A DNA stretch of 64,000 nt from Macrostomum hystrix. Lineage: Eukaryota > Animalia > Platyhelminthes. Below, in pieces: positions 38,101-48,633 of this stretch. A program made the position numbers and the translations under genes. Within the stretch, counting starts at the first letter, position 1, and the number at the start of each line of letters is the position of its first letter. A model generated the notes under the pieces. That model did no database searches. It was not told the origin of the DNA and saw only the letters and a program-made list of their open reading frames with translations. The stretch is from the NCBI GenBank assembly GCA_950097015.1, contig CATNEN010000025.1:5456001-5520000 (forward strand), given 5' to 3'.

Positions 38101-41100
38101 GGAGAGATGAGACAGGGGAGGGATGAGACACTGGAGAGATGAGACAGGGGAGAGATTAGACACTGGAGAGATGAGACAGGGGAGAGATTAGACACGGAAG
38201 AGATTAGACACTGGAGAGATGTGACAATGGAGAGATGTGACACTGGAGAGATGAGACAGGGGAGAGATGAGACACGGGATAGATGAGACACTGGAGAGAT
38301 GACACACGGGAGAGATGAGACACGGAAGAGATTAGAAAGGGGAGAGATGAGACACGGGAGAGATGAGACCGAGGAGAGATGAGACAGGGGAGTGATGAGA
38401 CACGGGAGAGATGAGACGCGGGAGAGATGAGACACGGGAGAGATGAGACACGGGAGAGATGAGACAGAGGAGAGATGAGACACGGGAGAGATGAGACACG
38501 GGAGAGATGACACAGAGGAGAGATGAGACATGGGAGAGACTAGACACTGGAGAGATGAGACACGGGAGAGATGAGACACGGAAGAGATTAGAAAGGGGAG
38601 AGATGAGACACGGGAGAGATGAGACCGAGGAGAGATGAGACAGGGGAGTGATGAGACACGGGAGAGATGAGACGCGGGAGAGATGAGACACGGGAGAGAT
38701 GAGACACGGGAGAGATGAGACAGAGGAGAGATGAGACACGGGAGAGATGAGACACGGGAGAGATGACACAGAGGAGAGATGAGACATGGGAGAGACTAGA
38801 CACTGGAGAGATGAGACACGGGAGAGATGAGACACGGAAGAGATTAGAAAGGGGAGAGATGAGACACGGGAGAGATGAGACCGAGGAGAGATGAGACAGG
38901 GGAGTGATGAGACACGGGAGAGATGAGACGCGGGAGAGATGAGACACGGGAGAGATGAGACACGGGAGAGATGAGACAGAGGAGAGATGAGACACGGGAG
39001 AGATGAGACACGGGAGAAATGACACAGCGGAGAGATGAGACATGGGAGAGATGACACAGGGGAGAAATGAGACACGGGAGAGATTAGACATGGAAGAGAC
39101 TAGACAGGAGAGATGTGACAATGGAGAGATGTGACACTGGAGAGATGAGACAGGGGAGTGATGAGACACTGGAGAGATGAGACACTGAGAGATGAGAGAT
39201 TTAGGGGCTCATAGAGGGCGACCCGCAGTTCGGAGGTTGCCGACTCCAGCCCACTCGCAGCAAGCAGTCTCGTATCTTCTTTACTAAAAGAGGGTGGGTT
39301 GCCCCCGGGCATACAGTGCATGCAGCCTTATCAATAGCAAAGTTTGTGCTCAAATAACAGCTGCTGGACAATGCGGCGCTGAGTGCAAGCGAAAGTTATG
39401 TTATATCGCCTTGCGCTAGCTGAACTCAACAAAGGAGCTTATATTTGGCCAAAAAATATACAGCTGCTGAGTGACTCGTAAAGGTATTAAATTTCGTTTG
39501 CCTTGTCAGGCCATAATTAATTTTCTTCTGTCTGTATGCCAGTATTGAATTACAAACTGCACATTATTAATTAAATGAATTGTCTACCTGTTTGTCTGTC
39601 AATCCCATGTCTTAGACGTCTAAAAAGTATATACTCGCTAATTAAGCTCACGTTAATTTACCTTGGGTTTTCGGATCTCCAACTGATCTTTAACGGCCTA
39701 ATCACAGATCATGGAAATCCCAACTCAAGGAAATCCCAACTCATGGAAATCCAAGCCACGGAAATCCCAGATCATGGAAATCCCAATCCACGGAAATCTC
39801 AATCCATGGAAATCCTAAATCCATGGAAATCCCACTCCCAACTCATGGAAATCCAAACTCATGGAAATCCAAACTCGTGGAAATCCCAATCCATGGAAAC
39901 CCCAATCCATGGAAATCCCAACCCATGGAAATCCCAACCCATGGAAATCCCAACCCATGGAAATCCCAACTCATGTCTTTCATGTCCTAAAAGTATGTAC
40001 TCGCTAATTAAGCTCGGGTTAATTTACCTTGGGTTTCGGATGTCCGACTGGTGGGGTGCAGGACAGCATGGCATTCTCGGCATCGATTGACACATTCATT
40101 GGCACCGGGTCGAATTGAAATCTCTGGGATTCGAAATCTGAAAATGAAACAATGGTTTGAGTTTAGTTTATGCTGAGTCTTCAAGTCAAATATTGTTGCC
40201 ATGGCAACAAAATAATTTTTTTTTATCAGAAGTTAAGTTTTAATAATACCTTTTCGAGCGGAAAACGAAATGCGAACTCTTTTTTCATAAGTTTGGACTT
40301 CCATAAGTTGGGATTTCCATGAGTTGGGATTTCCATGAGTTGGGATTTCCATGAGTTGGGATTTCCATGAGTTGGGATTTCCGTGCGTTGGGATTTCCAT
40401 GAGTTGGGATTTCCATGAGTAGGGATTTCCATGAGTTGGGATTTCCAAAGGTTGGGATATCCATGCGTTGGGATTTCCGTGTGTTGGGATCTTCATGAGT
40501 AGGGATTTCCGTGGGTTGGGATCTCCATGAGTTGGGATTTCCATGAGTTGGGATTTCCATGAGTTGGGATTTCCGTGCGTTGGGATTTCCATAAGTTTGG
40601 ATTTCCATAAGTCGGGATTTCCATGATTTGGGATTTCAAATGATTTGGGATATTCATGAGTTGGGATTTCCAAAGGTTGGGATATCCATGCGTTGGGATT
40701 TCCATGAGATGGGATTTCGACTAGCCAACAATCCAAAAATTTGGGATCTTTAATATTTGGGATTCTGTCATCTTCAAATCTCAGATAGACACTCCTCCTC
40801 TGGTTCAAGAAACAAAATTTCTTCAAGAAAGAAATAAGACGGTCCGATAAGGATTTCATGAGGTTTTCTGCTATTTTGCCTAACTAGTCCCAACCGCTAA
40901 CTGACGACCCTAAGTCGGTCTCTAGAAGCAAATTTCTTTCATCATTTCAGCGGTTGATGGCCAATTCAGACAAATTGGGTGCTCTCCTTGATGAGGAGAT
41001 ATTTTTCTGTTGGGATCGTCCAACTAGGCTAACGGCCCCAGTCCGCCACTTCTTAAAGTCGTTAGCTATTTTATTCCCCGGGTTTAGAAGACGACGCTAG

Positions 41101-44100
41101 AAGGCCCACACAATCTCGAGTCCCTAGACCGTCTTGCGGAGACGCGCTGACTTCCAGGGGGGGGAGGACCGCGGCGCGTCGACTTAATTCAATTGCTAGT
41201 CCAAGCTACCCGCCACAATTGAGCCTGGGGGATTTCGGAATCAGAATGGAAGAAGGGAGATAATGAAATAGGAGCTCAACGAGAGAGAGAGAGAGTGCAC
41301 GAAAAGGGACTTTCAATATCGGAGTTCTGGTCTCAAAACGCTGTTTCTGCGTCATTTTCAATATTAAATTGTGAAAGCTTGGACAGAATGGCTTTCCGTG
41401 GGTTTCCATTGGGATCGCACAAAGTGAATCACAAATTGATGGCTTGACTTCAGTGCCTCCAACATCAAGACATTTTATAGGGCCGAAATAGGTCAAAGAC
41501 CCGATCATTTTTTGTTCCAAATTTATCACAAAGACCCGGTCATTTTGAGTGGCTAGATTACCCCAAAGACCAGGTCATTCTGTGTGTCTAAATTACCCCA
41601 AAGACCAGGTCATTTTGAGTGGCTAGATTACCCCAAAGACCAGGTCATTTTGAGTGGCTAGATTACCCCAAAGACCCGGTCATTTTGAGTGGCTAGATTA
41701 CCCCAAAGACCCGGTCATTTTGAGTGGCTAGATTACCCCAAAGACCCGGTCATTTTGAGTGGCTAGATTACCCCAAAGACCCCGTCATTCTGTGTGTCTA
41801 AATTACCCTAAAGAACCCGTCATTCTGAGTGGCTAGATTACCCCAAAGACCCCGTCATTCTGTGTGTCTAAATTACCCCAAAGAACCGGTCATTTTGAGT
41901 GTCTAAATTACCCTAAAGAACTGGTCATTTTGAGTGTCTAAATTACCCGAAAGACCAGGTCATTCTGAGGGCTAGATTACCCCAAAGACCCCGTCATTCT
42001 GTGTGCCTAAATTACCCTAAAGAACTGGTCATTCTGAGTGGCTAGATTACCCCAAAGACCCGGTCATTTTGAGTGGCTAGATTACCCCAAAGACCCCGTC
42101 ATTCTGTGTGTCTAAATTACCCCAAAGACCCGGTCATTTTGAGTGACTAGATTACCCCAAAGAACCGGTCATTTTGAGTGGCTAGATTACCCCAAAGAAC
42201 CGGTCATTTTGAGTGGCTAGATTACCCCAAAGACCCGGTCATTTTGAGTGACTAGATTACCCCAAAGACCCGGTCATTTTGAGTGGCTAGATTACCCCAA
42301 AGACCCGGTCATTTTGAGTGACTAGATTACCCCAAAGACCCGGTCATTTTGAGTGGCTAGATTACCCCAAAGACCCGGTCATTCTGTTGGCTTGAATACC
42401 TCTGCAAGACCTGGTCCCTAGGAATTATTTTGTCGATAAATTTATCACAAAAATCCTCGACAGCCGGCGATAAACAAATTTAGCTACTGTAGGGTCTTCA
42501 CTGGACAAAGACGTTCTGATAATTAACATTGTCAGAGAAACATTCAACAATTGTTTATCCTATAGAACACAGAAAAAATTAGGACAAATTTCCAAAATTA
42601 TCCATGTTATCGCTCGAAGGGATTTGGTATGAGACAAAGATGACTCGATACTGTTGTTCTTGTTTTATCATTTCGCTTCCTTGGGGAAAAATTGGTCAGG
42701 GTCTACATGGAACTACAAGCTTTTGCCATCATTTCTCCTCCTGGAGCAAATGTCTAACTAATTCCGCATCTCTAAGTCTAAAACGTAGCCATTGAGGACA
42801 TCGCAAAAATACAAGGAAAATCCCTATACCCCAGGGGTAGGCAAACTTATTTGCTGGCGGGCCAAAGAGAGAACCTAAAAGACGACAGCGGGCCGCATTG
42901 ACTGTATAAATATGAGATAGGGGAGAGATGAGACACGAGAGAGATGAGACACGGGAGAGATGAGACACGGGAGAGATGAGACACGGGAGAGATGAGACAC
43001 GCGAGAGATTAGACACGCGAGAGATGAGACACGGGAGAGATGAGACACGGGAGAGATGAGACACGCGAGAGATGAGACATGGGAGAGATGAGACACGGGA
43101 GAGATGAGACAGGGGAGAGATGAGACACGCGAGAGATGAGACACAGGAGAGATGAGACACGGGAGAGATTAGACACGAGAGAGATTAGACACGGGAGAGA
43201 TGAGACACGGGAGAGATGAGACACGGGAGAGATGAGACACGGGAGAGATTAGACACGCGAGAGATGAGACACGGGAGAGATGAGACACGGGAGAGATGAG
43301 ACACGGGAGAGATTAGACACGCGAGAGATGAGACACAGGAGAGATGAGACACGGGAGAGATTAGACACGAGAGAGATGAGACACGGGAGAGATGAGACAC
43401 GGGAGAGATGAGACACGGGAGAGATGAGACACGGGAGAGATTAGACACGCGAGAGATGAGACACGGGAGAGATGAGACACGGGAGAGATGAGACACGGGA
43501 GAGATGAGACACGCGAGAGATGAGACACGGGAGAGATGAGACACGGGAGAGATGAGACACGGGAGAGATTAGACACGCGAGAGATGAGACACGGGAGAGA
43601 TGAGACACGGGAGAGATGAGACACGGGAGAGATGAGACACGGGAGAGATGAGACACGCGAGAGATGAGACACAGGAGAGATGAGACACGGGAGAGATGAG
43701 ACACGGGAGAGATGAGACACGGGAGAGATTAGACACGGGAGAGATTAAACACGGGAGAGATGATACACGAGAGCGATGAGACACAGGAGAGATTAGACAC
43801 GGGAGAGATGAGACACGGGAGAGATGAGACACGGGAGAGATTAGACACGCGAGAGATGAGACACAGGAGAGATGAGACACGGGAGAGATTAGACACGAGA
43901 GAGATGAGACACGGGAGAGATGAGACACGGGAGAGATGAGACACGGGAGAGATGAGACACGGGAGAGATTAGACACGCGAGAGATGAGACACGGGAGAGA
44001 TGAGACACGGGAGAGATGAGACACGGGAGAGATGAGACACGCGAGAGATGAGACACAGGAGAGATGAGACACGGGAGAGATGAGACACGGGAGAGATTAG

Positions 44101-47100
44101 ACACGCGAGAGATGAGACACGGGAGAGATGAGACACGGGAGAGATGAGACACGGGAGAGATGAGACACGGGAGAGATGAGACACGCGAGAGATGAGACAC
44201 AGGAGAGATGAGACACGGGAGAGATGAGACACGGGAGAGATGAGACACGGGAGAGATTAGACACGGGAGAGATTAAACACGGGAGAGATGATACACGAGA
44301 GCGATGAGACACAGGAGAGATTAGACACGGGAGAGATGAGAAACAGGAGAGATGAGAAACAGGAGAGATGAAACAGGACACTGTAGATGTCAGAAGGGGC
44401 AACGGGCCGGATTTGGGAGCTTCGAGGGCCGCATCTGGCCCGCGGGCCGGAGTTTGCCGACCCCTGCTATACCCGAAGGCATGTCCAGCAATGATTTCAA
44501 ATCTTTTTTAACTATAGATGTGCCACTTGCTATGCATACTCCGCGAACATATAAGGCTTAGACTGTCTAGATTTGGCCAACCTGATTAGACTGCCTTTGT
44601 GCGTGTCGTGTCGGCTTTTAGGGATTTCAGTTGAAATGTGGTGTACGGATTTAGGATCATTTTAAGCTATTTTAAAATAGATAGACAACATGATTTCGCT
44701 TTTTTTTCTGCATCGCTCACATTTTTTGCTCACAAAATTTCATCATGTAACCATGTCGCTATTGTTGTTAATTATTTTGCTATTTTTTTCTTCTTGAAGC
44801 AATATGGATGCGCCATAGGGAGGTTTTTGAGATTCTTTCTTCTATTAAGGGATTTAGGATTTGGATTCATAAAAATTTATGAATCGCTTTCAATCCCAAA
44901 AAATGAAGTCAGGAAATGAATTATAGAATGCAATTTCTTCATCAGCTGAGGTGGTTGGGTTAGATTGAATAGGTTTGAAATTCACACTCATTGTATGAAC
45001 TGATTGGCTGCTATATAAGGAAGAAAATAGAAATGGATTACTTGCTCAGTCTTACTCATCCAGGAGTACCTGGTGGCGGACCGATTGTGAGAACGATGGG
45101 AGTCTAGGGATTGACAGTAGGGAAGGGTTTTTTCCTAGAAATAGCTACCCCCTCAGTGGCAGGAGCCAAGCCCATCACATTTTCTCATATTTCTCTTTCG
45201 CTAGGTAGATGAGATGAGATAAGAATGGTAAGAACGCAGACTCAGACGCAGGTTTGATTTGGAGGAAGATAAGGACAAAGAGCTGACAGGAGGTGATTGA
45301 CAAGTTGAGTCATCTGGCTTTTTGTTTGCTCAGTTTAGGATCCGACTTGACTTCTAAGAATTGGGAAAACTAGTTTTGTAAGTGCAGGTGCTGCTACTGC
45401 CTAATCTCCTACAACTGTCACTCCAAACCCAGTCTATCCTACTGTCTAATCTCCTGCAACTGTCACTCCAAACCCAGTCTATCCTACTGTCTAATCTCCT
45501 GCAACTGTCACTCCAAACCCAGTCTATCCTACTGCCTAATCTCCTACAACTGTCACTCCAAACCCAGTCTATCCAACTGTCTAATCTCCTGCAACTGTCA
45601 CTCCAAACCCAGTCTATCCTACTGTCTAATCTCCTGCAACTGTCACTCCAAACCCAGTCTATCCTACTGTCTAATCTCCTGCAACTGTCACTCCAAACCC
45701 AGTCTATCCTACTGTCTAATCTCCTGCAACTGTCACTCCAAACCCAGTCTATCCTACTGTCTAATCTCCTACAACTGTCACTCCAAACCCAGTCTATCCT
45801 ACTGTCTAATCTCCTACAACTGTCACTCCAAACCCAGTCTATCCTACTGTCTAATCTCCTACAACTGTCACTCCAAACCCAGTCTATCCTACTGTCTAAT
45901 CTCCTACAACTGTCACTCCGAACCCAGTCTATCCTACTGTCTAATCTCCTACAACTGTCACTCCAAACCCAGTCTATCCTACTGTCTAATCTCCTACAAC
46001 TGTCACTCCAAACCCAGTCTATCCTACTGTCTAATCTCCTGCAACTGTCACTCCAAACCCAGTCTATCCTACTGTCTAATCTCCTACAACTGTCACTCCA
46101 AACCCAGTCTATCCTACTGTCTAATCTCCTGCAACTGTCACTCCAAACCCAGTCTATCCTACTGTCTAATCTCCTGCAACTGTCACTCCAAATCCAGTCT
46201 ATCCTACTGTCTAATCTCCTGCAACTGTCACTCCAAACCCAGTCTATCCTACTGTCTAATCTCCTGCAACTGTCACTCCAAACCCAGTCTATCCTACAGT
46301 CTACTCTTCGTCTTGTCACTCCTAAACCCAGTCTATCCTACTGTCTACTCTTCGCCTTGTCACTCCTAAACCCAGTCTATCCTACTGTCTAATCTCCTGC
46401 AACTGTCACTCCAAACCCAGTCTATCCTACTGTCTAATCTCCTGCAACTGTCACTCCAAACCCAGTCTATCCTACAGTCTACTCTTCGTCTTGTCACTCC
46501 TAAACCCAGTCTATCCTACTGTCTACTCTTCGCCTTGTCACTCCTAAACCCAGTCTATCCTACTGTCTACTCTTCGCCTTGTCACTCCTAAACCCAGTCT
46601 ATCCTAACGTCTAATCTTCGTCCATATTCCATATCCAGAAGTGTCATAGTCCAGAAGTTTCACTCAAAATTGTCACTCCAATAGACTCACAGGCAAGCCG
46701 CACGTAAGCCCTCTCGCTGACCACCTTTCTGTGCGTGTTGTTCAACACTGGCAGGCTGTTCCAGGCTTCGCAATTGCAATAGAGCAGCCCCTCAGAGCCG
46801 ACCCATCGTTGTGCATCGTCGAAGTCTATTTGAACAGAGAATCTTTGGCGTTCAGATCGTTCGTGATCTGTCACAACGTCGACCCGCCTATTCAAAGCCT
46901 GGCCATTGCAGTGGATGGTGACGTAGGACGAGTGCTCAGCCACGCATTCGATTAGAGCCGGCGATTTTGGGCCCACAAAGTAGCTCGGGTTCGGCTGTTG
47001 GACCAGCCTTGGCGCCAGTGCCAGATGCTGCTCGCTAGGACTCAACTCTGGCACTTGATTGCCTGATAGTTTTTGAGCAACATTCAATAAGTCAACTGAT

Positions 47101-47159
47101 TTTATTAGCAACGAAATCAATAGAAACGATGGCAATAGTGCAACGATTGACAAATTCAT
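17562..47159 (-). CDS. unc5: UNC5 netrin receptor, 12 exons, about 1071 aa
   Basis: complement join(46691..47159,40028..40137,37606..37789,35106..35321,32907..33089,25969..26163,20716..21144,19222..19666,18682..19129,18429..18599,18003..18094,17562..17835) = 3216 nt, GT-AG and phase-consistent. Domain order: signal peptide, Ig, Ig, TSP1, TSP1, TM, ZU5 ([17 protein letters not shown]), UPA, death domain ([18 protein letters not shown]), which is diagnostic of UNC5. Confidence 0.93.
18003..18094 (-). CDS. unc5: UNC5 exon 11 (UPA-DD linker)
   Basis: CCTTCAG acceptor; LPGSNPLC...QTVFR; GTAATT donor; phase 0 to 2 fits both neighbours. Confidence 0.85.
18165..18400. repeat. Diverged tandem repeats containing AATAACTAGTCTAGTATACTAAA (UNC5 intron 10)
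   Basis: Several degenerate copies are visible. Confidence 0.55.
18429..18599 (-). CDS. unc5: UNC5 exon 10 (UPA)
   Basis: [25 protein letters not shown]; phase 0-0. Confidence 0.92.
18682..19129 (-). CDS. unc5: UNC5 exon 9 (ZU5 end / UPA)
   Basis: TTTAG acceptor; [49 protein letters not shown]. Confidence 0.92.
19222..19666 (-). CDS. unc5: UNC5 exon 8 (ZU5)
   Basis: [11 protein letters not shown]...[24 protein letters not shown]. The 3' donor (AG|GTCTCT) is weak, so that boundary is less certain. Confidence 0.85.
20135..20468. mobile_element. Non-autonomous element (MITE-like) with about 38-bp imperfect terminal inverted repeats
   Basis: Left GCTTCACCCGAACGTAGCAAAGCAAGCACTCAAAACTC vs reverse complement of right GCTGCACCTGAACGGAGCAACGCAAGCACACGAAACTC: 32/38 identical; T-runs outside. 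Confidence 0.7.
20474..20693 (-). mobile_element. SINE family B copy
   Basis: Minus strand GGGGTCGGTGGCAGGGCGGTTAACGC...AAGTTCGATTCCGCG; body homologous to 13626-13842. Confidence 0.87.
20716..21144 (-). CDS. unc5: UNC5 exon 7 (Gln/His-rich juxtamembrane region and ZU5 start)
   Basis: GCTTGCAG acceptor; ...[19 protein letters not shown]; GTGAG donor; phase 1-1. Confidence 0.87.
22850..24940. repeat. 28-bp minisatellite TAGAATCTAGCTGCGATTCCTGTCTACT, about 2.1 kb
   Basis: Period measured from CTGCG at 24001 and 24029. Confidence 0.97.
25335..25532. repeat. Compound (TCTG)n microsatellite
   Basis: Direct inspection. Confidence 0.93.
25969..26163 (-). CDS. unc5: UNC5 exon 6, transmembrane
   Basis: [28 protein letters not shown] (TM plus basic stop-transfer); GTAGGC donor. 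The acceptor CAGCAG is ambiguous (26163 or 26160, or further into the repeat). Confidence 0.88.
26165..28345. repeat. 20/16-bp minisatellite (TGAC)TGACTGAGGAATCTGC, with an about 820-bp internal duplication
   Basis: Direct inspection. The diagnostic CTAACTGACGAATC doublet occurs at 26428/26448 and 27248/27268. Confidence 0.97.
29620..29870. repeat. 80-bp tandem triplication
   Basis: CATGTACATT at 29701 and 29781; unit contains ATTGGTTGGTTGGCCTGCCGAGCGGGGTAG. Confidence 0.9.
29886..30042 (+). mobile_element. SINE family B, 3'-truncated copy
   Basis: GGGGCTGACTGGCAGGTTGGTTAGCGCG...TCGATTCCGC...GGGGCGCAGCCGCGGAGAGAAGGCTTG. Confidence 0.78.
30065..30333 (-). mobile_element. SINE family A (CORE-SINE) copy, tail-to-tail with the family B copy
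   Basis: Minus strand GGTTGTAGCCTAGTGGTCAGAGCG..GGTTCGATTCCCGAC..TTGTGTCCTTTAGCAAGACACTAAACTCTGCATTGCTTCAGTTCACTCAGCTGTTAAATGGGTACC. Confidence 0.9.
31153..31500. repeat. (TTTCC)n pentanucleotide microsatellite
   Basis: Direct inspection. Confidence 0.98.
32140..32850. repeat. 12-bp minisatellite CTACGATTCCAG / CTACTATTCCAG / CTTCGATTCCAG
   Basis: Direct inspection; lies about 55 bp downstream of the UNC5 exon 5 donor. Confidence 0.97.
32907..33089 (-). CDS. unc5: UNC5 exon 5, TSP1 repeat 2
   Basis: [38 protein letters not shown]...RNCSDGLCR; not in the ORF track; phase 1-1. Confidence 0.93.
33125..33560. repeat. Tandem CAAGGTCGTCTGGAAAA / CAGGGTCGTCTGAAGA repeats
   Basis: Direct inspection; same motif as 34760-35010. 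Confidence 0.88.
34760..35010. repeat. 20-bp tandem TGTCAAGGTCGTCTGGAAAA repeats
   Basis: Direct inspection. Confidence 0.88.
35106..35321 (-). CDS. unc5: UNC5 exon 4, TSP1 repeat 1
   Basis: [18 protein letters not shown]...[16 protein letters not shown]; CTTCAG acceptor; GTGAG donor. Confidence 0.93.
35385..35660. repeat. Diverged about 29-bp tandem repeat (GGGATTTCAGTAGGGGATCAGTGAGAG-like)
   Basis: Direct inspection; lies about 60 bp from the exon 4 acceptor. Confidence 0.75.
36415..36485. repeat. (GATA)n microsatellite
   Basis: Direct inspection. Confidence 0.9.
37150..37450. repeat. 35-bp tandem repeat AATGTACGTTTAGCAAAGTCAATCTATGTACACTG
   Basis: Period measured from TACACTGAAT at 37261 and 37296. 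Confidence 0.93.
37606..37789 (-). CDS. unc5: UNC5 exon 3, Ig2 C-terminal part
   Basis: VHWMKN...[10 protein letters not shown]...AELSIY; phase 0 to 1. Confidence 0.92.
37930..39195. repeat. 16-bp GGAGAGATGAGACAC(G) minisatellite with a 256-bp higher-order repeat
   Basis: Marker GAAGAGATTAGAAAGG at 38325, 38581 and 38837. Confidence 0.95.
39705..39975. repeat. 16-bp minisatellite ATGGAAATCCCAACTC
   Basis: Direct inspection. Confidence 0.92.
40028..40137 (-). CDS. unc5: UNC5 exon 2, Ig2 N-terminal part
   Basis: TTTTCAG acceptor; [37 protein letters not shown]; GTAAAT donor; phase 1 to 0 links exons 1 and 3 exactly. Confidence 0.93.
40275..40715. repeat. 16-bp minisatellite GAGTTGGGATTTCCAT (inverted relative to 39705-39975)
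   Basis: Exact reverse complement of the unit on the other side of exon 2. Confidence 0.95.
41530..42385. repeat. 35-bp minisatellite GATTACCCCAAAGACCCGGTCATTTTGAGTGGCTA
   Basis: Period measured from GATTA at 41661 and 41696. Confidence 0.96.
42832..44466 (+). mobile_element. hAT-superfamily (Charlie/Buster-type) MITE with an internal minisatellite expansion
   Basis: TIRs CAGGGGTAGGCAAACT / AGTTTGCCGACCCCTG (15/16 match); perfect 8-bp TSD CTATACCC (42824-42831 and 44467-44474) with central TA; subterminal GGGCCG motifs; no transposase. Confidence 0.93.
42915..44370. repeat. 16-bp minisatellite GGAGAGATGAGACACG inside the MITE
   Basis: Direct inspection; source of the [16 protein letters not shown] ORFs. 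Confidence 0.97.
45380..46620. repeat. 45-bp minisatellite CTGTCACTCCAAACCCAGTCTATCCTACTGTCTAATCTCCTGCAA
   Basis: 15-aa periodic ORFs on both strands; the array ends about 70 bp from the UNC5 exon 1 donor. Confidence 0.97.
46691..47159 (-). CDS. unc5: UNC5 exon 1, signal peptide plus Ig1
   Basis: Hydrophobic N-terminus; [15 protein letters not shown]...YCNCEAWN...SERAYVRLA matches the UNC5 Ig1 pattern (YxCxCxAW..S.RAYVRIA); GTGAGT donor. Confidence 0.93.
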
Positions 47160-47559
47160 TTTGCTGACTAAAATATGTTGCTATATTTTTTGTCAGGTTG
47201 ACAAAGCAACCTGCCTTTGTTGGGTTTTCTTTCAGAAACTAGAGAATTCTTGCTTTGCGTTGCATTTGGCAGGCTTAGATGCTATGCTATTTATTGAGGC
47301 CTGCAGTGTGCGTGCGTGTGTGTGTCTTCTAACCAACCACGTCAGTGTGCCTCACCTAGATTCTGACCAATAGGAGCGAGAGAGAGAGCGTGGAGCTCCT
47401 CTAGCTCTAGAGGTCCTGTTGTTAGATTATTAACTTATTTATTTTATTAGACATTTTTTAATAAGAATATTTCCCTGCTTACGAGAATTGGGGTGGTGTG
47501 ATTCTAAGAGTCGAAAAAAACAAGAGCGCATTTTAATGATTTCAATGAGTTTTAATTTT

Positions 47560-48155
47560 GGAACTCTAACTTTGGAACTTAAATTTCGGAACTTGAATTT
47601 CGGAACTTGAATTTCGGAACTCGAACTTCGAAAGTCGAATTTCGGACCTTTAATTTTAGAACTTGAATTTCGGAACTTGAGTTTTGGAACTTGAATTTCG
47701 GAACTAGAATTTCAGAACTAGAATTTTGGAACTTGAATTTCGGAACATGAGTTTCGGAACTAGAATTTCGGAACTAGAATTTCGGAACTGGAATTTCGGA
47801 ACTAGAATTTCGGAACTAGAATTTCGGAACTAGAATTTTGGAACTAGAATTTCGGAACTAGAATTTCGAAAGTCGAATTTCGGACCTTTAATTTTGGAAC
47901 TAGAATTTCGCAACTTGAATTTCGGAACTTGAATTTCGGAACTAGAATTTCGGAACTAGAATTTCGGAACTTGAATTTTGGAACTTAAATCTCGGAACTT
48001 GTATTTCGAAACTTGATTTTGAAGCTTGAATTTCGGAACTTGAATTTCGGAACTCGAACTTTGAAAGTCGAATTTCGGACCTTTAATTTCGGAACTAGAA
48101 TTACGCAACTTGAATTTCGGAACTTGACTTTCGAAACTAGAATTTCGGAACTTGA
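47560..48155. repeat. 14-bp minisatellite GAATTTCGGAACT(T/A)
   Basis: Direct inspection; lies about 400 bp upstream of the UNC5 ATG. Confidence 0.93.
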
Positions 48156-48633
48156 CGGTAAACTATGTGAAGTCACCCAGACAGACAGACCGACACTCTA
48201 GTCGAAGTGCACTTTTGATCCCAAGGCTTTGATTTGACAACTCCCCTAACGGCTTATGCAATGTTTCGATTTTTTTCATATTTAAATTTTGGCTATAGGC
48301 AAATGTGATAAAAAATTTGATTCCTCCACCTAGTGACTAGAGAGAAACACAAATAAACTCTGACACGACCGAACCGGAATTTTATCACAATGTCACTGTT
48401 TTCGTGACTGTTTCAAACCAAACTGGAATCACCTTTTTATCGGCGTTACCCGGCGGAGTCAGTTGTCGCAAAGAAATATCGTCTTCTGCTTTTTTATTTC
48501 ATCAGAAAGCCGCGATTTTCAGAGGCAGCTGACTATAATATAAAATAGTGCTTCTTTGTACTTCTGCGACAAGACAGGTAATAATGCAAATTGTTGGCTA
48601 TGGAGTTGCAGTGTCTCATTGAAATTGAATCAC

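Noticed and set aside
39100-39321. [13 protein letters not shown] as the missing UNC5 Ig2 exon
   Set aside because: It has an in-frame stop just upstream and no suitable splice sites. The true exon at 40028-40137 fits phase and sequence exactly.
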